Shown here: in pieces, positions 13,326 through 26,482 of the stretch
Layout: each line of letters starts with the position of its first letter
Position numbering within the stretch: the stretch's first letter is position 1
Source: Tubulanus polymorphus
Lineage: Eukaryota > Animalia > Nemertea
Length of the DNA stretch: 64,000 nt
Direction: 5' to 3'
NCBI RefSeq assembly: GCF_964204645.1
Contig: NC_134032.1
Span: forward strand, 11,334,275-11,398,274
Translations under genes and position numbers: made by a program
Notes under the pieces: model-generated
Seen by the model: only the letters and a program-made list of their open reading frames with translations
Told to the model about the DNA's origin: nothing
Database searches by the model: none

Positions 13326-13673
13326 CAGGGGCGGATCCAGGGCCTACTGTCAAGGGTAGCACAACTTATAAAAGGGCATTTTGAAATAAAAAGGGCATTA
13401 TGAAATTTTGGAAATCTGCTTTTTGCTGCAATTTCTAAGCAATTCCTGACGTGAAGTGCTCTCTCGCAAATTTACTGCATCGAGATGTAGTTTCCAGGCA
13501 ATAAAGACAAAATCCTGAAGAATTATGTGCTTTTTGTTTAAAATTATCTACCTCGTCTTGTAAAGATGTGCCCATTTCTAGTTTATCATGAAAAACAAAA
13601 TGAAAAAAAAAGGCACGAGATTTTCGCGATGGTCTAGCACGTGCCTACGGTGCTACCGTCTGAATCCATGCCT
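13326..13673. mobile_element. CAGGGGCGGATCCAG-ended non-autonomous DNA element; reverse-orientation relative at ~43024-43410, similar ends at ~33290-33516 and ~41746-42251
   Basis: caggggcggatccag...ctgaatccatgcctg termini; gcacgtgcctacggtgcta is shared in reverse with 43045-43063. Confidence 0.55.
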
Positions 13674-14444
13674 GCTAAGCTAACGCGTGATATCATCAAA
13701 TTTACCAGACCCTTCCACTGAAAATGGCCGTTTTCCTAAATCCCCTATGACATATTCTAAGCAGGCAATCAACTCGTCTTCAAGGGTCTATATAGGTTTA
13801 AACGATTATTGGCGATCTTTTCGGGGTGGAAAAGCATCTGGATCGCGTTCGCCCATTTTCACGAGGAATTTCATACGTCGAGATGGAGAGATCAGTCTCT
13901 CCCGGCGGTCGGAGGTGAATCTATGATTTGCATTCATCGCGTGTTTCTCATCATCGCGCTGTCAGAGTAACGGTTCATCTCGGTTATCCCGCTCTCTCCG
14001 TCCGTCCGTCATTGGGTCGAGTCCACCGGGGCGACCGAACGTAACAATCGACCTCGTCGTCGTCGTCGTTGTAGTAACGAGCAGACGTTTGTTTTCTGTA
14101 TAATCGTCGTCACGGCGATCGTCTCGCGAAGATCGCCGCCGTCTCCGCCGCGTGTGACGTCGTCGGCGAGATCCGGTATTCATGACAGTGGAAATCTCGT
14201 CGATCCGTTCGGGATATCAAACCGGAAATAACCGCAGGAAAAAAACCCGGCCTCGTCAGTCCGCTTCGATCTCGGGTTATTCGCACGGAATACAATCTAT
14301 TCTATGAATAATGTTACCGTCTGTTCTCGAGTAGGTGTCAACAACGACGACGCCGGCAAAAAATTTGACTTCCTTACTGACAACTGATATTTCCACAATT
14401 TTGTAGCCATCTTAATTCTACGGATTCGTTCTTCATAACTCGTG

Positions 14445-15180
14445 TTCAGAGTCAAATTAAACCCATGAGCATAAGAGCGGAACTGGACCCGGAATCAAAT
14501 TGAACCCACAAAACTGTAGAACTGGATCCAGAGTCAAATTAAGTCCACACAACTGTAGAACTGGATCCAGAGTCACATTAAGCGGATATAACCGTGGAAC
14601 TGGATACGGAGTCAAATTAAGCCCACACAACTGTGGAACTGGATCTAGAGTCACATTAAGCCCACACAACTGTGGAACTGGGTACAGTCAAATTAAACCC
14701 ATGCACATAAGTGTGGAACTGGATGCTGAGTCAAATTAAACCCACAAAATTATGGAATTGGGTACAGTCAAATTAAACCCATACAACTGTGGAACTGGGC
14801 CCAGAGACAAATCAAACCTACACAACTGTGGAACTGGGTAAAGTCAAATTGAATCCATACAAATGTGGAGATGGGTACAGGGTCAAATTAAACCCACACA
14901 ACTGTGGAACTGGTTTCAGAGTCAAATTAAACCCACGCAACTATGAAAATGGCCAAATAAAACCCACAGAACACAACCTGTGGACCCAGAGTCTATTTTT
15001 TGACTTCCTAAATAGAATGTTATGACCAGTTTTCACAGACTGTACAAATCAACATATACTTGTAGCAACACCAAAAATATCACTGTTAACAGTATCTGGA
15101 TTCAAATTAAGTCCCCACGCACCTGTGGACGAACCGGAGCCAAATCAAACCCACACAACTGCGGATACGGTGGCTCAAAT
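14445..15180 (+). repeat. 39-bp minisatellite related to the family-H1 MITE terminus; sister arrays at ~33975-34460 (reverse) and ~36680-37085
   Basis: Unit gagtcaaattaa.cccacacaactgtggaactgg.tcca (starts at 14531, 14570, 14609, 14648...). Confidence 0.9.
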
Positions 15181-15699
15181 ACTAAATACATGCCGGAATG
15201 TTTCTTCGACATCATGGTAGGCCGGTAATTTATAGTTACAGACAACGACGGCGGTAATTTCGTGAGGCAATCAACCCGAGTTAACTGACAATTTATAGCT
15301 CACAATCGTCCATAAACCGGATCACGTCTCGGAAACTAAGTCACGTCGGTACGACTGACCCAGATTAGCGTCGACGCGATCGAAAAGACTCAACTTCAAT
15401 CCGGCTAATCCCGAGACAATGTTCTATCGTACAGGGTTCATTTGACTCTGGATCGCGGGTAGAACTCGGTCCAGTAGTTTAACTGGTTATAATTTCAGGA
15501 AATTGCGCAGCGCCGTTTCATCGTAGGTTTTATCGTACCTTTTATAGTCGGGCATAAGATGATTTCATTCATAAACCTGTCGGTCTTATTGCCGTAATCA
15601 AATATGATTTATTTCGAGATTTTCTCATTTACAAATTGATTTACTTTCCATTTATTGTAGAGACTAGTAATCAGTAGCAAGACACGGTCTTCTCTTTTT

Positions 15700-16190
15700 C
15701 CTAGCACTCACTATTCGACACTAACTCGAGGTAGAGTTTTGCCAGCTTCAACTTTACCGCAATCAAGAGACAATGTCTGCTGCCTTTTTCAAACTCTTAC
15801 TCAGTATTTGAACTAAACTCAGGGTAGAATTTTACCATCTCAACTTAACCGCAGTCAAGAGACAGAGTATGCTGCCTTTTTCAAACTCTTACTCAGTATT
15901 TGACACTAACTACGGGCAGAATTTTACCATCTAAACTTTACTGCAGTAATAGGCAGAGTCTACCTTATTTCTCAAACGCTTACTCAGTATTTGATACAAA
16001 CTTAGGGTAGAATTTTAGCAGTCTCAAATTCAACAATAAGAGATCGAGTCTACTGCCTCTCTCAAACAAACTCTCACTCGGTATTTGACACAACCGCAGT
16101 GAGAGTCAGAGTCTACAGTATTTCACAAACTCTCACTCAGTACCTGACACCAACTTGGGATCAATTTTTACCAGCCTCAACTCAAACCGT
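15700..16190 (+). repeat. ~85-90-bp dispersed tandem repeat; sister arrays ~7355-7715 and ~36060-36220 (reverse)
   Basis: Unit aaactcttactcagtatttgacac.aact..gggtagaattttaccag.ctcaacttta..gcagtaagagacagagtctac. Confidence 0.85.
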
Positions 16191-16524
16191 AAAATTCCAG
16201 TCTCAACTTTCTCGAACAGAATCGATTGTATTTCTCAAATTTTCGCTCAATTTGACACGACGAATGCGCGTTAAAAGTCTGAAATTGACCGAGCGAGAGA
16301 CGGGCTCTAAAATGTCGGCGATTCTTAAACGAATCGACGAATCAGCGCGTGCGGAATGAATCGCGATTCGACTGTATCTCGCGTGTCGAGTGTAGATCAG
16401 TTTTCTCTATTCCGTTAATGACAAGTCGCGTGATGTCGATTTTCGACGATTGTTTTTTAGCTGTCATTTTCACTTAAACGCTTCGTTGATTTTACAAACA
16501 GTAGTCTTTGAGTCACGCATCTCA

Positions 16525-16622
16525 GCTGTATGCTGCTGTAACTCTGCTGCTGTATGCTGCTGTATGCTGCTGCTGTATGCTGCTGCTGTACGCTGCTGCT
16601 GCTGCTGCTGCTGCTCCTGCTG
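16525..16622. repeat. (CTG)n / ctgtatgctg trinucleotide-type repeat
   Basis: Directly visible. Confidence 0.9.
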
Positions 16623-17090
16623 ATTGTCAGGGTAGGAGAAAAAGGGGAAATCATCATTTTTCGCACGCAAGTTTTTTCCGCGCGATAAAACCTCCCTACT
16701 ATCGACGACAGATATTTCTAGCTTTTCTGCGTCCACTTTTGCCCTGAAATTGTCGATTTCCCAAATGGTTTTTCTATTTTTTCTGCTTGAATTGTCACAA
16801 TTTTATGGGGGGGATTGGCTTAGTTCATCTGAGAGCAATTGGTATATTTCAAGACAATTTGAATGGTGAAATATTTCTGCATACGGTCCCCTGTTTCATT
16901 CCCGACAGGTGTGGTCGGTTTGTAAAGGACACAAATTTCAAATCGATATCAAAATCAATCGATCAATCAAATAATAAATAAGAGGGACTATTCTGTAATT
17001 CAAGATTGAAGAAGGGCATTATAGCTGACGTATGTACAGGGAGGGGACTGTTATTACTTCAATGAAAGGAATTTACCGCCATTAAGGTTC

Positions 17091-17564
17091 TACAGCAGAA
17101 CGCATAAAAATTTCGGATGACTACAGACTGACCAGATTTCTTCAAATTAAGAAAATCCGAATTACGAATAATAGTCTTCAAGGTTCCAGGTTAAGTGGAC
17201 CAAATATTGCATCTGAATTAAGTGAAAATTAGGATCGAAAAAATGCGAATTAAGAGCTGACTTTCAGAGCTGACTACTTAATACCCTATAGTGCTGGAGA
17301 TAATTTGAAGATTTTAAAAAGTTCTACCCTAGTGTATTGGATAACGGTAATACCACTATAGTGCGTCTACACCGCGGTGCGGTGTATCGTTAGTTACTAG
17401 TACTTCACTATGTTTGACAGGTGCTGCCATTTTTAAAGAGAGATAATTACTAATTACTAATTACATCAATACACCGCAGTGCGGTGTACTAGCAAAATCT
17501 ATCACTGATTTATACATCGCACTGCGGTGTAGCATCACAGAAAGGGTTAAGCGAGTTCTACTGT
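17091..17564. mobile_element. pogo/Tigger-like (Tc1/mariner) MITE hosting a family-P insertion; paralog at ~491-935
   Basis: TA-CAGCAGAAC...GTTCTACTG-TA ends; the body (cagatttcttc.aattaag..ggttccaggttaa.tggacc.aatatt) is shared with 491-935. Confidence 0.55.
17259..17546 (-). mobile_element. piggyBac-type MITE, family P (reverse copy, left end degenerate)
   Basis: Reverse complement of 598-884; ends AAAGGG|TTAA at 17546. Confidence 0.8.
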
Positions 17565-18139
17565 ACAACCAATCTAACAAATTAAGATCAGTCTTATCAA
17601 AATATTTGACACCATTTTTCGATCAAAGTTACAACTGTTGGGGCCACTATTAGGTATCGTACCACTGATCCAAGCTGCGGATTGATACCTGCAGCGGGAA
17701 GAGGTGGGGGAGGGGGAGTTAAAGGTCATATTAGTCATCCCCACCTCATTCCCCATCTTTAACAATTATAAATGAGAATGCAGGACTGCAGTCATTAAGA
17801 GCTCATTTACATTTAAATGGAATAGTTAAGTGACATTAACTGTTTCGCTTTCATTACCTTCATTCATTACTCTCTCTCCCCGCGCGCTCGCGATACACGG
17901 GGCAGCGATCACGAGGGAAAGCAATCACTGGTAAGTGAATATTGATGATATCGGATCATTAATGATATACATATATACGTATATCTATTAATGGATTGTT
18001 TTCGTCAATTGACCGTGATTTCGAGATACTACGCAACCGGCACCAACCAGCATCAGTATCCAGTCTGCAATACCGATATACAATGACCAAAAACGCCATC
18101 AATCATTGCAAATCTACTGTTTTATTTTCAGGATCTTGA

Positions 18140-18345
18140 AATCGGGATTGACCCTCTCATTCATTTGATTGGTATAGATTTCGTTTGATTCGTCTTGATT
18201 CGGTGTCCCTTACAAACCCACCCCACCGGTCGGGAGCGAAACAGGGGGTTTGATTTTGAAATCGGAAATCGAAGTACAGATATAATAGTTGTGTGATCGG
18301 CGGTCGAGTTTACAGAATGTTTTGTTTGTTTAAATCGAGGTAAAT
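18140..18345 (+). repeat. Interspersed repeat of unknown class; copies ~25940-26130 (+), and 16885-16992, 22975-23112, 60855-60980 (-)
   Basis: Shared core gtcccttacaaacccacc..gagcgaaacagggggtttgattttgaaatc.gaaatcgaagtacagatat. Confidence 0.7.
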
Positions 18346-21300
18346 AATTGGGAAATTCGATTCTGGTTCGTTCATCTTCTGTTTATTAATACCCCCATGT
18401 CATTATTCAAAACATTTCTCAGTTTATACCTCGATTGGTGGTGGTGGGTTTTGTTATTTGTTTTACAGGGCATTGCCCCTTTTTTGGCCCTTTAAACCTG
18501 AAGACTACAGAGATGACAGCTTCATCGCATATCAGTGTTGCAGACTCTTGATACTGATGCTGGTTGGTGCTGTGCATAGTATCTCGAAATCTACGAGACC
18601 TATTATGATTTTACGCGACATTTTCCCCCCCTTCGAAAATTCGAGTGAGTTTTTTTACGTCAGATACAACTTTCCAAGAGGACATTTTCCGTTCCTCGCG
18701 GCGTCTTTAACTTAAGCCCTATTTGATCGCGCTCTTCCGGAATATCTTCGCGCTAAAAGATTTCTGCGGGAAAAACTGGCAGAAACTTCCTAACGCGGCA
18801 ATCGAATGAGAAAAGTAGATAATTCCTCATCCGGAATTATAGCGCGATCGCGAAATAGGGTCGAAAATTCGAACGGACATTAATTTTCTAAAACCGACGA
18901 GAGATAACTTTCCGCCCGCCGATTGATGTTCGCGTCCTGAATGACATTCCCGACGCCCGGACGTGTTCGGAAAACGTAATCGCGAATAAACTCGTTAAAA
19001 ACGCGCGCCGCGGAAAACTGACTAAAATTCATCGCACATAAATCTGATTTAGAAAATGGATGAGAGGACCGGTTGCACCAGTTTCACCGCTATGCTATGC
19101 GCTGGTACTCGTCGTCGTCATTGTCAAAACCTCATAAATCGCGTAGAGACCTTAAATTCGTTGCTCCGCGCGTCCTTCGTCGATAATTCCAAGGTCGAAC
19201 GAGTAAAGTACGCAATAAAACGAATGACGGAGATCGGTATATATTGGCTCCGCGTGTGACCTTCATTAATAATGTCAAGGTCAAGTGCCCGTTGCTGAAA
19301 AGCTGGTTTAAGATAACCGGCGGATAAATACCAAAGTAATAATGAACTTTTAATTGTCACTATGTCAACTATCCATCGGTTAACTCAACCGACTTTTGAA
19401 CAGCCCCAGATTAGTGAGCAGGGATAAAGACCGGCACCTGACCTTGGAACGGCGCATCTATAAAAGAATTATGATTTTCGGGGCAGAGAGAGAGATGAAG
19501 GATGAAAAGAGATAAGAATAGTCATTCATCAAAGTCATTCATCAAAATTCATCAAAGAATAAGAAACTTTGCCATCATTAGCTTTTAAAGCCACCTGAGC
19601 CCGAGGCTCGGGGGGATGGAGGAGGGGGAAGTGAAAAGATCAATAACACTGTGTCAGAGATCGGAGATCCGAGTCTCAACAATAATAAAAGGGCTAGCAT
19701 CGGTGGCGGATATTCTGACAACCACCTGAGTCCTGGGAGGGATGGTGTGTCGGCGGGCGGGAAGAGATAGAAGTCTCGCAAAAGATTGCCGACCGTTTCA
19801 AGATTTCCGAGATCAAAAGTCTCTAACGATAATCACGGGACCGGCGTCTCAGCGTTTGAACGGGAACCGGCTAAACCCGCGAGGGGGACGGGCTATTGAA
19901 GTCGGAACTGCGTGTTGCAGATTCGGAGCTATCCGGGAATTGTCTGAAACAACAATAGGTAAAAGCGGTGGCAAGCTATCGGTAATCAATAAACTCACGG
20001 TCTGTTACAGGTCTAAACCATCAGAGCTCATCGAATTATTGAGTTTTATTCCCAGGGGTCGGTTCTCGTAAAGACGTGGGGCGATTTACACGGCACAGTC
20101 ATGGTTTAGATTTAAGACCAGTCATAGACCATGTTAGTTCTATATAGCCAATCTAACAACTCAATAAAGACTAGTTTTAAGATTATAAGACTGCTTTTGG
20201 ACTTTAAAGGGTTGGCTCCTGGAATCAGTTGCACAGTCATGGCTTAGATTTAAGGCCAGTCCAAGACCAACTTCGTTCTATAGAGAAAATCTAAAATGAA
20301 ACAAATTAAAACTTGTCTTAAGATTAAGACCACTTTGGGATTTAAAATCATGGCCGCACAACTGGACCCTGGGCCGAGTGCAGTGTTATGATATGATATG
20401 ATATGATATGATATATTCTTTATTCCTGAATTCCAAGTGTTGACTTAAGTCATTGTTAGATCAGCTACATAACGGTCTTAGACTGGTCTCAAATCAAAGC
20501 CTTAATTATCTGAGCAAATGTAAACCCAGCACCTTAAGATAGGCTGTAATAATGAATTAAGCGGTAACCCGACATTAAAGAATTCAAAACTGTAGCCGAT
20601 CAAACCGAAGCCCAACGCCGAAGAATTCAAGAATTGTTGGCATCGTCTCAAGCGAAAACCCATCGTTTCAATTTTCTTCGCAGGTAATTATCTTTTCCAT
20701 TATTGGTTTAGATTAGTTTTCTCGTTTGCCCGATACGGAGGTAACTAGAGGCAATAATCCGAAGTGGGAAAACTCGATTGTCGACGATATTGACTTATAA
20801 TTTGCGAGCGGATGATATTTGAGATATTACTCTCGTCGTCGTAGCGATCGAAACAATACAATTGTCCGTCTGCAGCGCGCGCTCGCGCCCGTCCCCGGGA
20901 ACCTAATTTATTTTCAATTTGCTGACGAATATTTCTCCAATTAATAAGACAACTTTCAATTGGAGCTGACTGGGGAGGAGTTGGGGAATACGGCGGGGAG
21001 CTTATAGGGAGAGATGAGAAAATTAGGGACAATGTTCGTTACGACCAAGAGGGGTGCACCGGTAGGATTGGGTGCAGGGGAGGGGAGTAAATTATGGAAT
21101 ATAGACTTCATGGAGTCAAAGGTTGGACCAGGCCCATGCCAACGGGCCAAATCATTGCGTGTGAAATGCAACTGGTTCCGGATGTGGCTCACTTCACTTT
21201 GAGCATTGTTTAGTGTCGAGTGAGTGGTTTACGTGTGAATTCGCTCTCTAATTAGGCACACGGGCCATAGTTGACTCGGGCCTGATCCGTGCCAATTTGG

Positions 21301-21414
21301 CCCGGGCCAAGTCGGCTCTGTGTGATGCGACGTAAGGTTCTCGGTGAACCTCTAATATCCTGTGTTCCACGTACAATTCATTCCCATAACTAATAATGTT
21401 TGACTATTTTCTAA

Positions 21415-21695
21415 CCCTTTCAGTGTGTCTACGCCGCAGTGCGTTGTATAAATCGGTGATGAACTTTGCTAGTACACCGCACTGTGGTGTGTTGATGTAA
21501 TTCGTTGACGTTTTCATCTCTAATGAAAGATGGCAGCACCTGTCGAACACAGTTAGATATCAGTAACAAACCATACACCGCACTGCGCTGTAAAGGCATT
21601 ATAGCGGATGACTGTTATTTAATGCACTGCGCTGGAATTTTCAAACGTTTTCAAATCATCTCCAGAGGGGTATTAATTAGTCCGCACCGAAAGGG
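21415..21695 (+). mobile_element. piggyBac-type MITE, family P (diverged)
   Basis: CCCTTTCAGTG...CCGAAAGGG|TTAA, colinear with 598-884. Confidence 0.8.
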
Positions 21696-22176
21696 TTAAA
21701 GATGGAGCCTTTTCAGATTTTAGACATTCATGAAATTCGTATATGAATTACGACTGAATTATTAGCATAAATCAAACAGCCCTTAATCAAATCAGCGGAG
21801 ATTCTCCACAAAGTAGTCGGAAATTTGCAACGACGTTTTTATCGCGGCGCAAGTGTATAACGTCATATCCTACGAGTCAGAATGGAGTCGCAGACAGAGT
21901 TGGAGAGCGAGAGAAATTAACGAACATCCGGCGTCCCGAATGAAATCAAGCCTCATCTAAATAAATAGTCTTATATCGATAGTCATTTCTGAGCGAACGA
22001 TCTACGAATCTCGGAGTCGCGACTAACGAAATTTTTTTTTGATACCGAAACGTAAAACTACGGCGCTCTATGATTCGGTTTGTTGATTTTGCGAAAAAAA
22101 CATTCACAGCTCTCGGATCAACGTTTTGAGAATAGAATTCGTCAAACTTCGTTCGTTCTTGGATTTTAATCTTTAA

Positions 22177-22464
22177 ACCTTTCAGTGCGTCTACACGGCA
22201 GTGCTGTGGAAGAACCAGTGATGGATTTTGCTAGTACACCGCACTGCGGTGTATTGATTTAATTAGTAATTACTAATTATCTCTCTTGAATGATGGCAGC
22301 AACTGTCAAACATAGTGAAATGTTAATAACTAACGATACACCGCACCGCAGTGTAGACGCACTATAGTGGTATTCCCGTTGTTCAACACACTACAGTGGA
22401 ATTTTTCAGAATTTTCAAATTATCTTCAGCACTATAGGGTATTAATTAGTCAGCACTGAAAGGG
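22177..22464 (+). mobile_element. piggyBac-type MITE, family P
   Basis: Full-length copy highly similar to 598-884. Confidence 0.85.
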
Positions 22465-23849
22465 TTTTAAAGAGTCAAAAACTGCAAAATAACGCTGCAA
22501 GATTTATCACTAGGCGAAAGGTGGTGAACACATAACTCGATTTAAACAATTCTAAACGATTTTAAAACAACTCCGCTGGCTTCCATTGATCTTTAAAACA
22601 TAATTAATGACATACAAATGTCTAAACAATAATATAGCACCTGAATATTTATCTGAACTTTTAACTTCATACATTCCACGCCGTCAACTACGCTCAAGTT
22701 TGGATAGGTCAATCCTCTGTAAACCAGTTCCTCCGAGTTATTATTATTATCAAAATTAAATTATTATTATTACTATGAACTGTCAAATGTAGAATTGCAG
22801 ATCACTCCAGATGTTATTCTCAACTGAAATACCGGTCTAATAATACCAGTCCAGAATCCACTTCACGGTTCTTGATAAAAATTTGACCGTGCTAGGAAAT
22901 TCTGAGTCGTTTGCCAGTTCAAGCTGGTCGGAAGATCGCTTACATGAACTGGAACCGAAATTTCAAATTATTTTACTTCGATTTAAACAACAAATGCTGT
23001 AAATTCGACCACCAGTAACACAACTTTATTGGCACTTCGATTTACAATTTAGAAATCAAACCCCTATTGTTCCCGGCAAGTGTGGTGGGTTTGTAAGGGA
23101 CACCAAATCAAAACAAAACTGGGACCAATTTCTCAGCTGCGATTTAAGTCAAAAATGGTCTTTGATCCTAAGTCTTAAGATTGACCCTTCTAACTAAGAT
23201 AGTCTCAACCGGTCTTAAATCCAAGCCATGACTGCGAAAACTCACCTCACTTCAACTTCAATTCCCCCGAACCCATTTCCCTCAAATTCATTTCTCGCCA
23301 TTCCACATCGAAAAGATACATTTTCAGAAATTCTACATCAGAATCCCCAGCTCACACTGCAAACATGCATCTATATACGTGGACGAATTCGACTGCTGAT
23401 TTTGCACCTTATACTTCGCGGCGAAAAGCGTAGCGCGAATGATATTTATTTAGGCTTCGACAGTTGATGAGAGTGTCAATAAGGCACACGAACACGCTCG
23501 CGCGCGCCTCGGTTCTTCGCGAGAAAAAAAACCCCCACCATAAATTGCCCATTTCCTCGCGCCAACGGAGAGCACTTATATCCCCGGCAGACTCGTGATC
23601 TTCTACCGCAATTTGCTTCGAACATGTCCGAGCGACCAGTAATTGTAAATATGTTTTTTTTCCCTCTCAAGAAGCTCGGAAACCGCATGTTTCAAGGTTC
23701 TCGAATGCATATTTTCTATTCGCATATTCGTCCGGAAGCTTCAAGATGGAAAATTTATCGAATAACCATAAGGAGTCTTAATTGTCACAGTAAGGATTCG
23801 AACTAACATCAATTGGCGAGCTCAGGGAAGGACCACAAAAAGTTAACTT

Positions 23850-24160
23850 TCTTGTCAGGATTCAAATAATCTGTTATTGTCAGGGTTGGAGAGCTCAGAG
23901 AAGAACTGCAGAAACTGTCACTATCAGGATAGAAACTATCTAATATTTGCGAGGGGTGGATAGTTCAGAGAAAAACTGCAGAAAGAAATCTGTCACTGTC
24001 AGGATTCAAACTATCTTTATATTGTCAAGGTTGGAGCGCTCAGAAAAGAACAGCAGAAAGAAACTCTGTCCCTATCAGGATTCAAACTATCAATATTGTC
24101 AGGTTTGGAGAGCTCAGAGAAGAACTACAGAATGAAACTCTGTCACTGCCGAGATTCAGA
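23850..24160 (+). repeat. ~70-76-bp tandem repeat; reverse relative at ~2460-2660
   Basis: Unit tgtcactgtcaggattcaaactatc.atattgtcagg.ttggagagctcagagaagaact.cagaa. Confidence 0.8.
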
Positions 24161-24619
24161 ACTAAGACAACAAAGGGTCCACCGTCTGGTCTTAAGTCAA
24201 TCGAACTGGGGCTGGCTCACCGCGAGTATTAGATTAGTCGCTATGCCTCAATTAGCCCCTCGAGCCCCAAAGCTGATGTATACGTTTGCTAAGTCGAGGA
24301 GAGCGAAGTCGACGTTCTAATAATTGAGCTGAAATAGCTCGATATAATAAACTAATCATTCTACCCGAACGACCATCGGGACCCGGAAATAAAAAAATAC
24401 CTAATCTCTAAAAGCAATTTTCGCTGAGTTGTTACAAGTAATTTCATCAGCGTTCGTTATAGACCGACTGCCAATTTAGACCGACAACAAACTCTGTGTG
24501 TGTGTGTATGTTATATTCAGCTAATATTCTCCCGCAAACAAAACAAAAAAGACATTTCCACCACTCAGAACGCACGAGGGTGGATTATGTACCGGGGGTG
24601 GCTACAAAATAGAAATTTC

Positions 24620-25235
24620 TCACTCTCTCCCCACTCTCCCACTGTCTCCTCTCCGCTCTCAATCTCTATACACGTCCATCTCCAATTCCGCTCCCACTGT
24701 TTCTTCTCCCAACCCTCCCAGCTCTAATGTCCACCTTTTTCCTCTCCTCGTAATAGCTCCCATAGATTTCTCCCCCCTCCCACTGTCACTTCTCCTTCCC
24801 TTCCCCACCTCTACCTTTCCTCTCCTTTCATTTCACCTCTCCTTCCCCTAGCCCTTCCCCCATATCTCTCCCATTCTCTACCCTCCCCATGTCTCTCTAT
24901 CTCGCCCTACCACCCTTGATCCTCTCCCGCAACCTCTTCTTAATCCTTCCCCTCTCCGCCTCTCTTCTCTCCTTTCCTTCTCTCCCCTCTCCAACCCTTC
25001 TATCTGTCCCTAGCTCCCATGGATCCTTACTCTCCCACTGTATTTTCTCTCCCTAATTCTCTCTCCTTTCTCCAACCCTTCTATCTCTCCCTAGATCCCA
25101 TTGATCCTTACTTTCTCACTCACTCCCTCTCTTCTCTGTCCTTCCCTCTCACTCCTCTTTCCTCTTTCCATATATACCCCTCTCCCTTCCCCTCTCATCT
25201 TCCCTCACTCTATGCGCTCTCTATCTCCCTCTCGT
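24620..25235. repeat. CT-rich low-complexity tract (similar tracts ~1915-2180, 26530-26690, 29265-29335)
   Basis: Strongly pyrimidine-biased plus strand. Confidence 0.85.
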
Positions 25236-26177
25236 TTAATCGCTCGTAAGCTTTAACCAGGTTTTGCGAAATCACTCTCGAGTTTCTTTCTGGAGAGATT
25301 TTCAGACGGCAGTTCTCTTATTACGACTGATTCGACGAACGAGGATCATGAAAGATGGATTTTCGGATTTTTTTCGTCGATCGCGATTATGCAATCATCG
25401 CCGGGCGCGCACGTCGTCCGGGGGTAAATAGAACCGCAGTTGCGTAGAGAAATTAATCACGAGCCGTTTCTGTCCACGAATTACAACACGTAATTCAAAC
25501 GCATTCGGAAACATAGTTCTTCGGGGTAGTTCGTGTTGGAGCGGTCGCGAGGCACGTTCGCTCCGACTACTCCGACTACACAACACTCGCGCCGCGGAAA
25601 TTTATTCCGTTCGGCTTTCCGTAAACATCACGACGACGGCGACGACGTCTGCTCCTGCGGATTTATTCTCCTTTATTGCATTCGGCGAGAATTGCTGACT
25701 CATCGACAAGCGCGCGCGAGTAGGAAGTAACTTTTCTACCTCGATCTCTGATGACGATCATCCATTTGTCTCCTCTTTCCTCCATTTCATTTCCATCACC
25801 TCGATAAGCTTTCTTTCTTCTCCGCTCCCTTCGCTCGATCTCCGCCCTCTTTCATCCATTTTCCTTCACCTCTATAGTTCTCCAATCTCCCCTTCATGAA
25901 GAGAGTTGCTGAGGAGACATGTTTTTTTTAATCTAAAAATAGGGATTGACCCTGCTATTTATTTGATTGGTAGATCTAGTTTGCTTTTTTATTATTTTAG
26001 CGTCCCTTACAAACCCACCACACCAGCCTGGAGCGAAACAGGGGGTTTGATTTTGAAATCAGAAATCGAAGTACAGATATAGTTGTGTGATCGGCGATCA
26101 AAATTACAGAATTTTTTGTTTAAATCAAAGAACATATATCGAGGAGCTGTGTTGATTAACCCGGTGTCGGAACGGTA

Positions 26178-26482
26178 AACGTTAATACAAATGGTTACTT
26201 TGATGGTTAACTGGATTTCATAAAAAGGACGAGCTGAGCTTTCGCTACTTTGCGTTAAGTAGCTTCATCGGCTAATTGAGCGCCGTCAATGCAGAAACAA
26301 CAATGTTTATAGGGAGTGATGCTAATTAGAGAATTACACTGTCATTCTATCTCCCGGATAAACATTGTTGTTTCTGCTTTGACTATACCCAATTACCCAA
26401 TGAAGCTAATTTCCACTAATAGCGAAAGCTTGTACTTGATAAAATCAGGTTAACCATCAAAGTAGCTATTTGTATTTATGTT
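26178..26482. repeat. ~300-bp imperfect foldback (long inverted repeat)
   Basis: aatacaaatggttactttgatggttaac/gttaaccatcaaagtagctatttgtatt, agctttcgcta/tagcgaaagct and gcagaaacaacaatgtttat/ataaacattgttgtttctgc pair in nested order. Confidence 0.85.

Noticed and set aside
13962-14183. Arg-rich, protamine-like 73-aa ORF
   Set aside because: Arises from CGA/CGT/GAC-rich low-complexity DNA; no splice-phase or homology support.
16457-16747. polyQ/polyA/polyS ORFs
   Set aside because: Products of the (CTG)n repeat.
17684-17712. Possible recursive splice site on the minus strand (cctcttcccgctgcag|gtatca) midway through the large intron
   Set aside because: Weak donor and easily a chance match; would need saw-tooth nascent RNA coverage.
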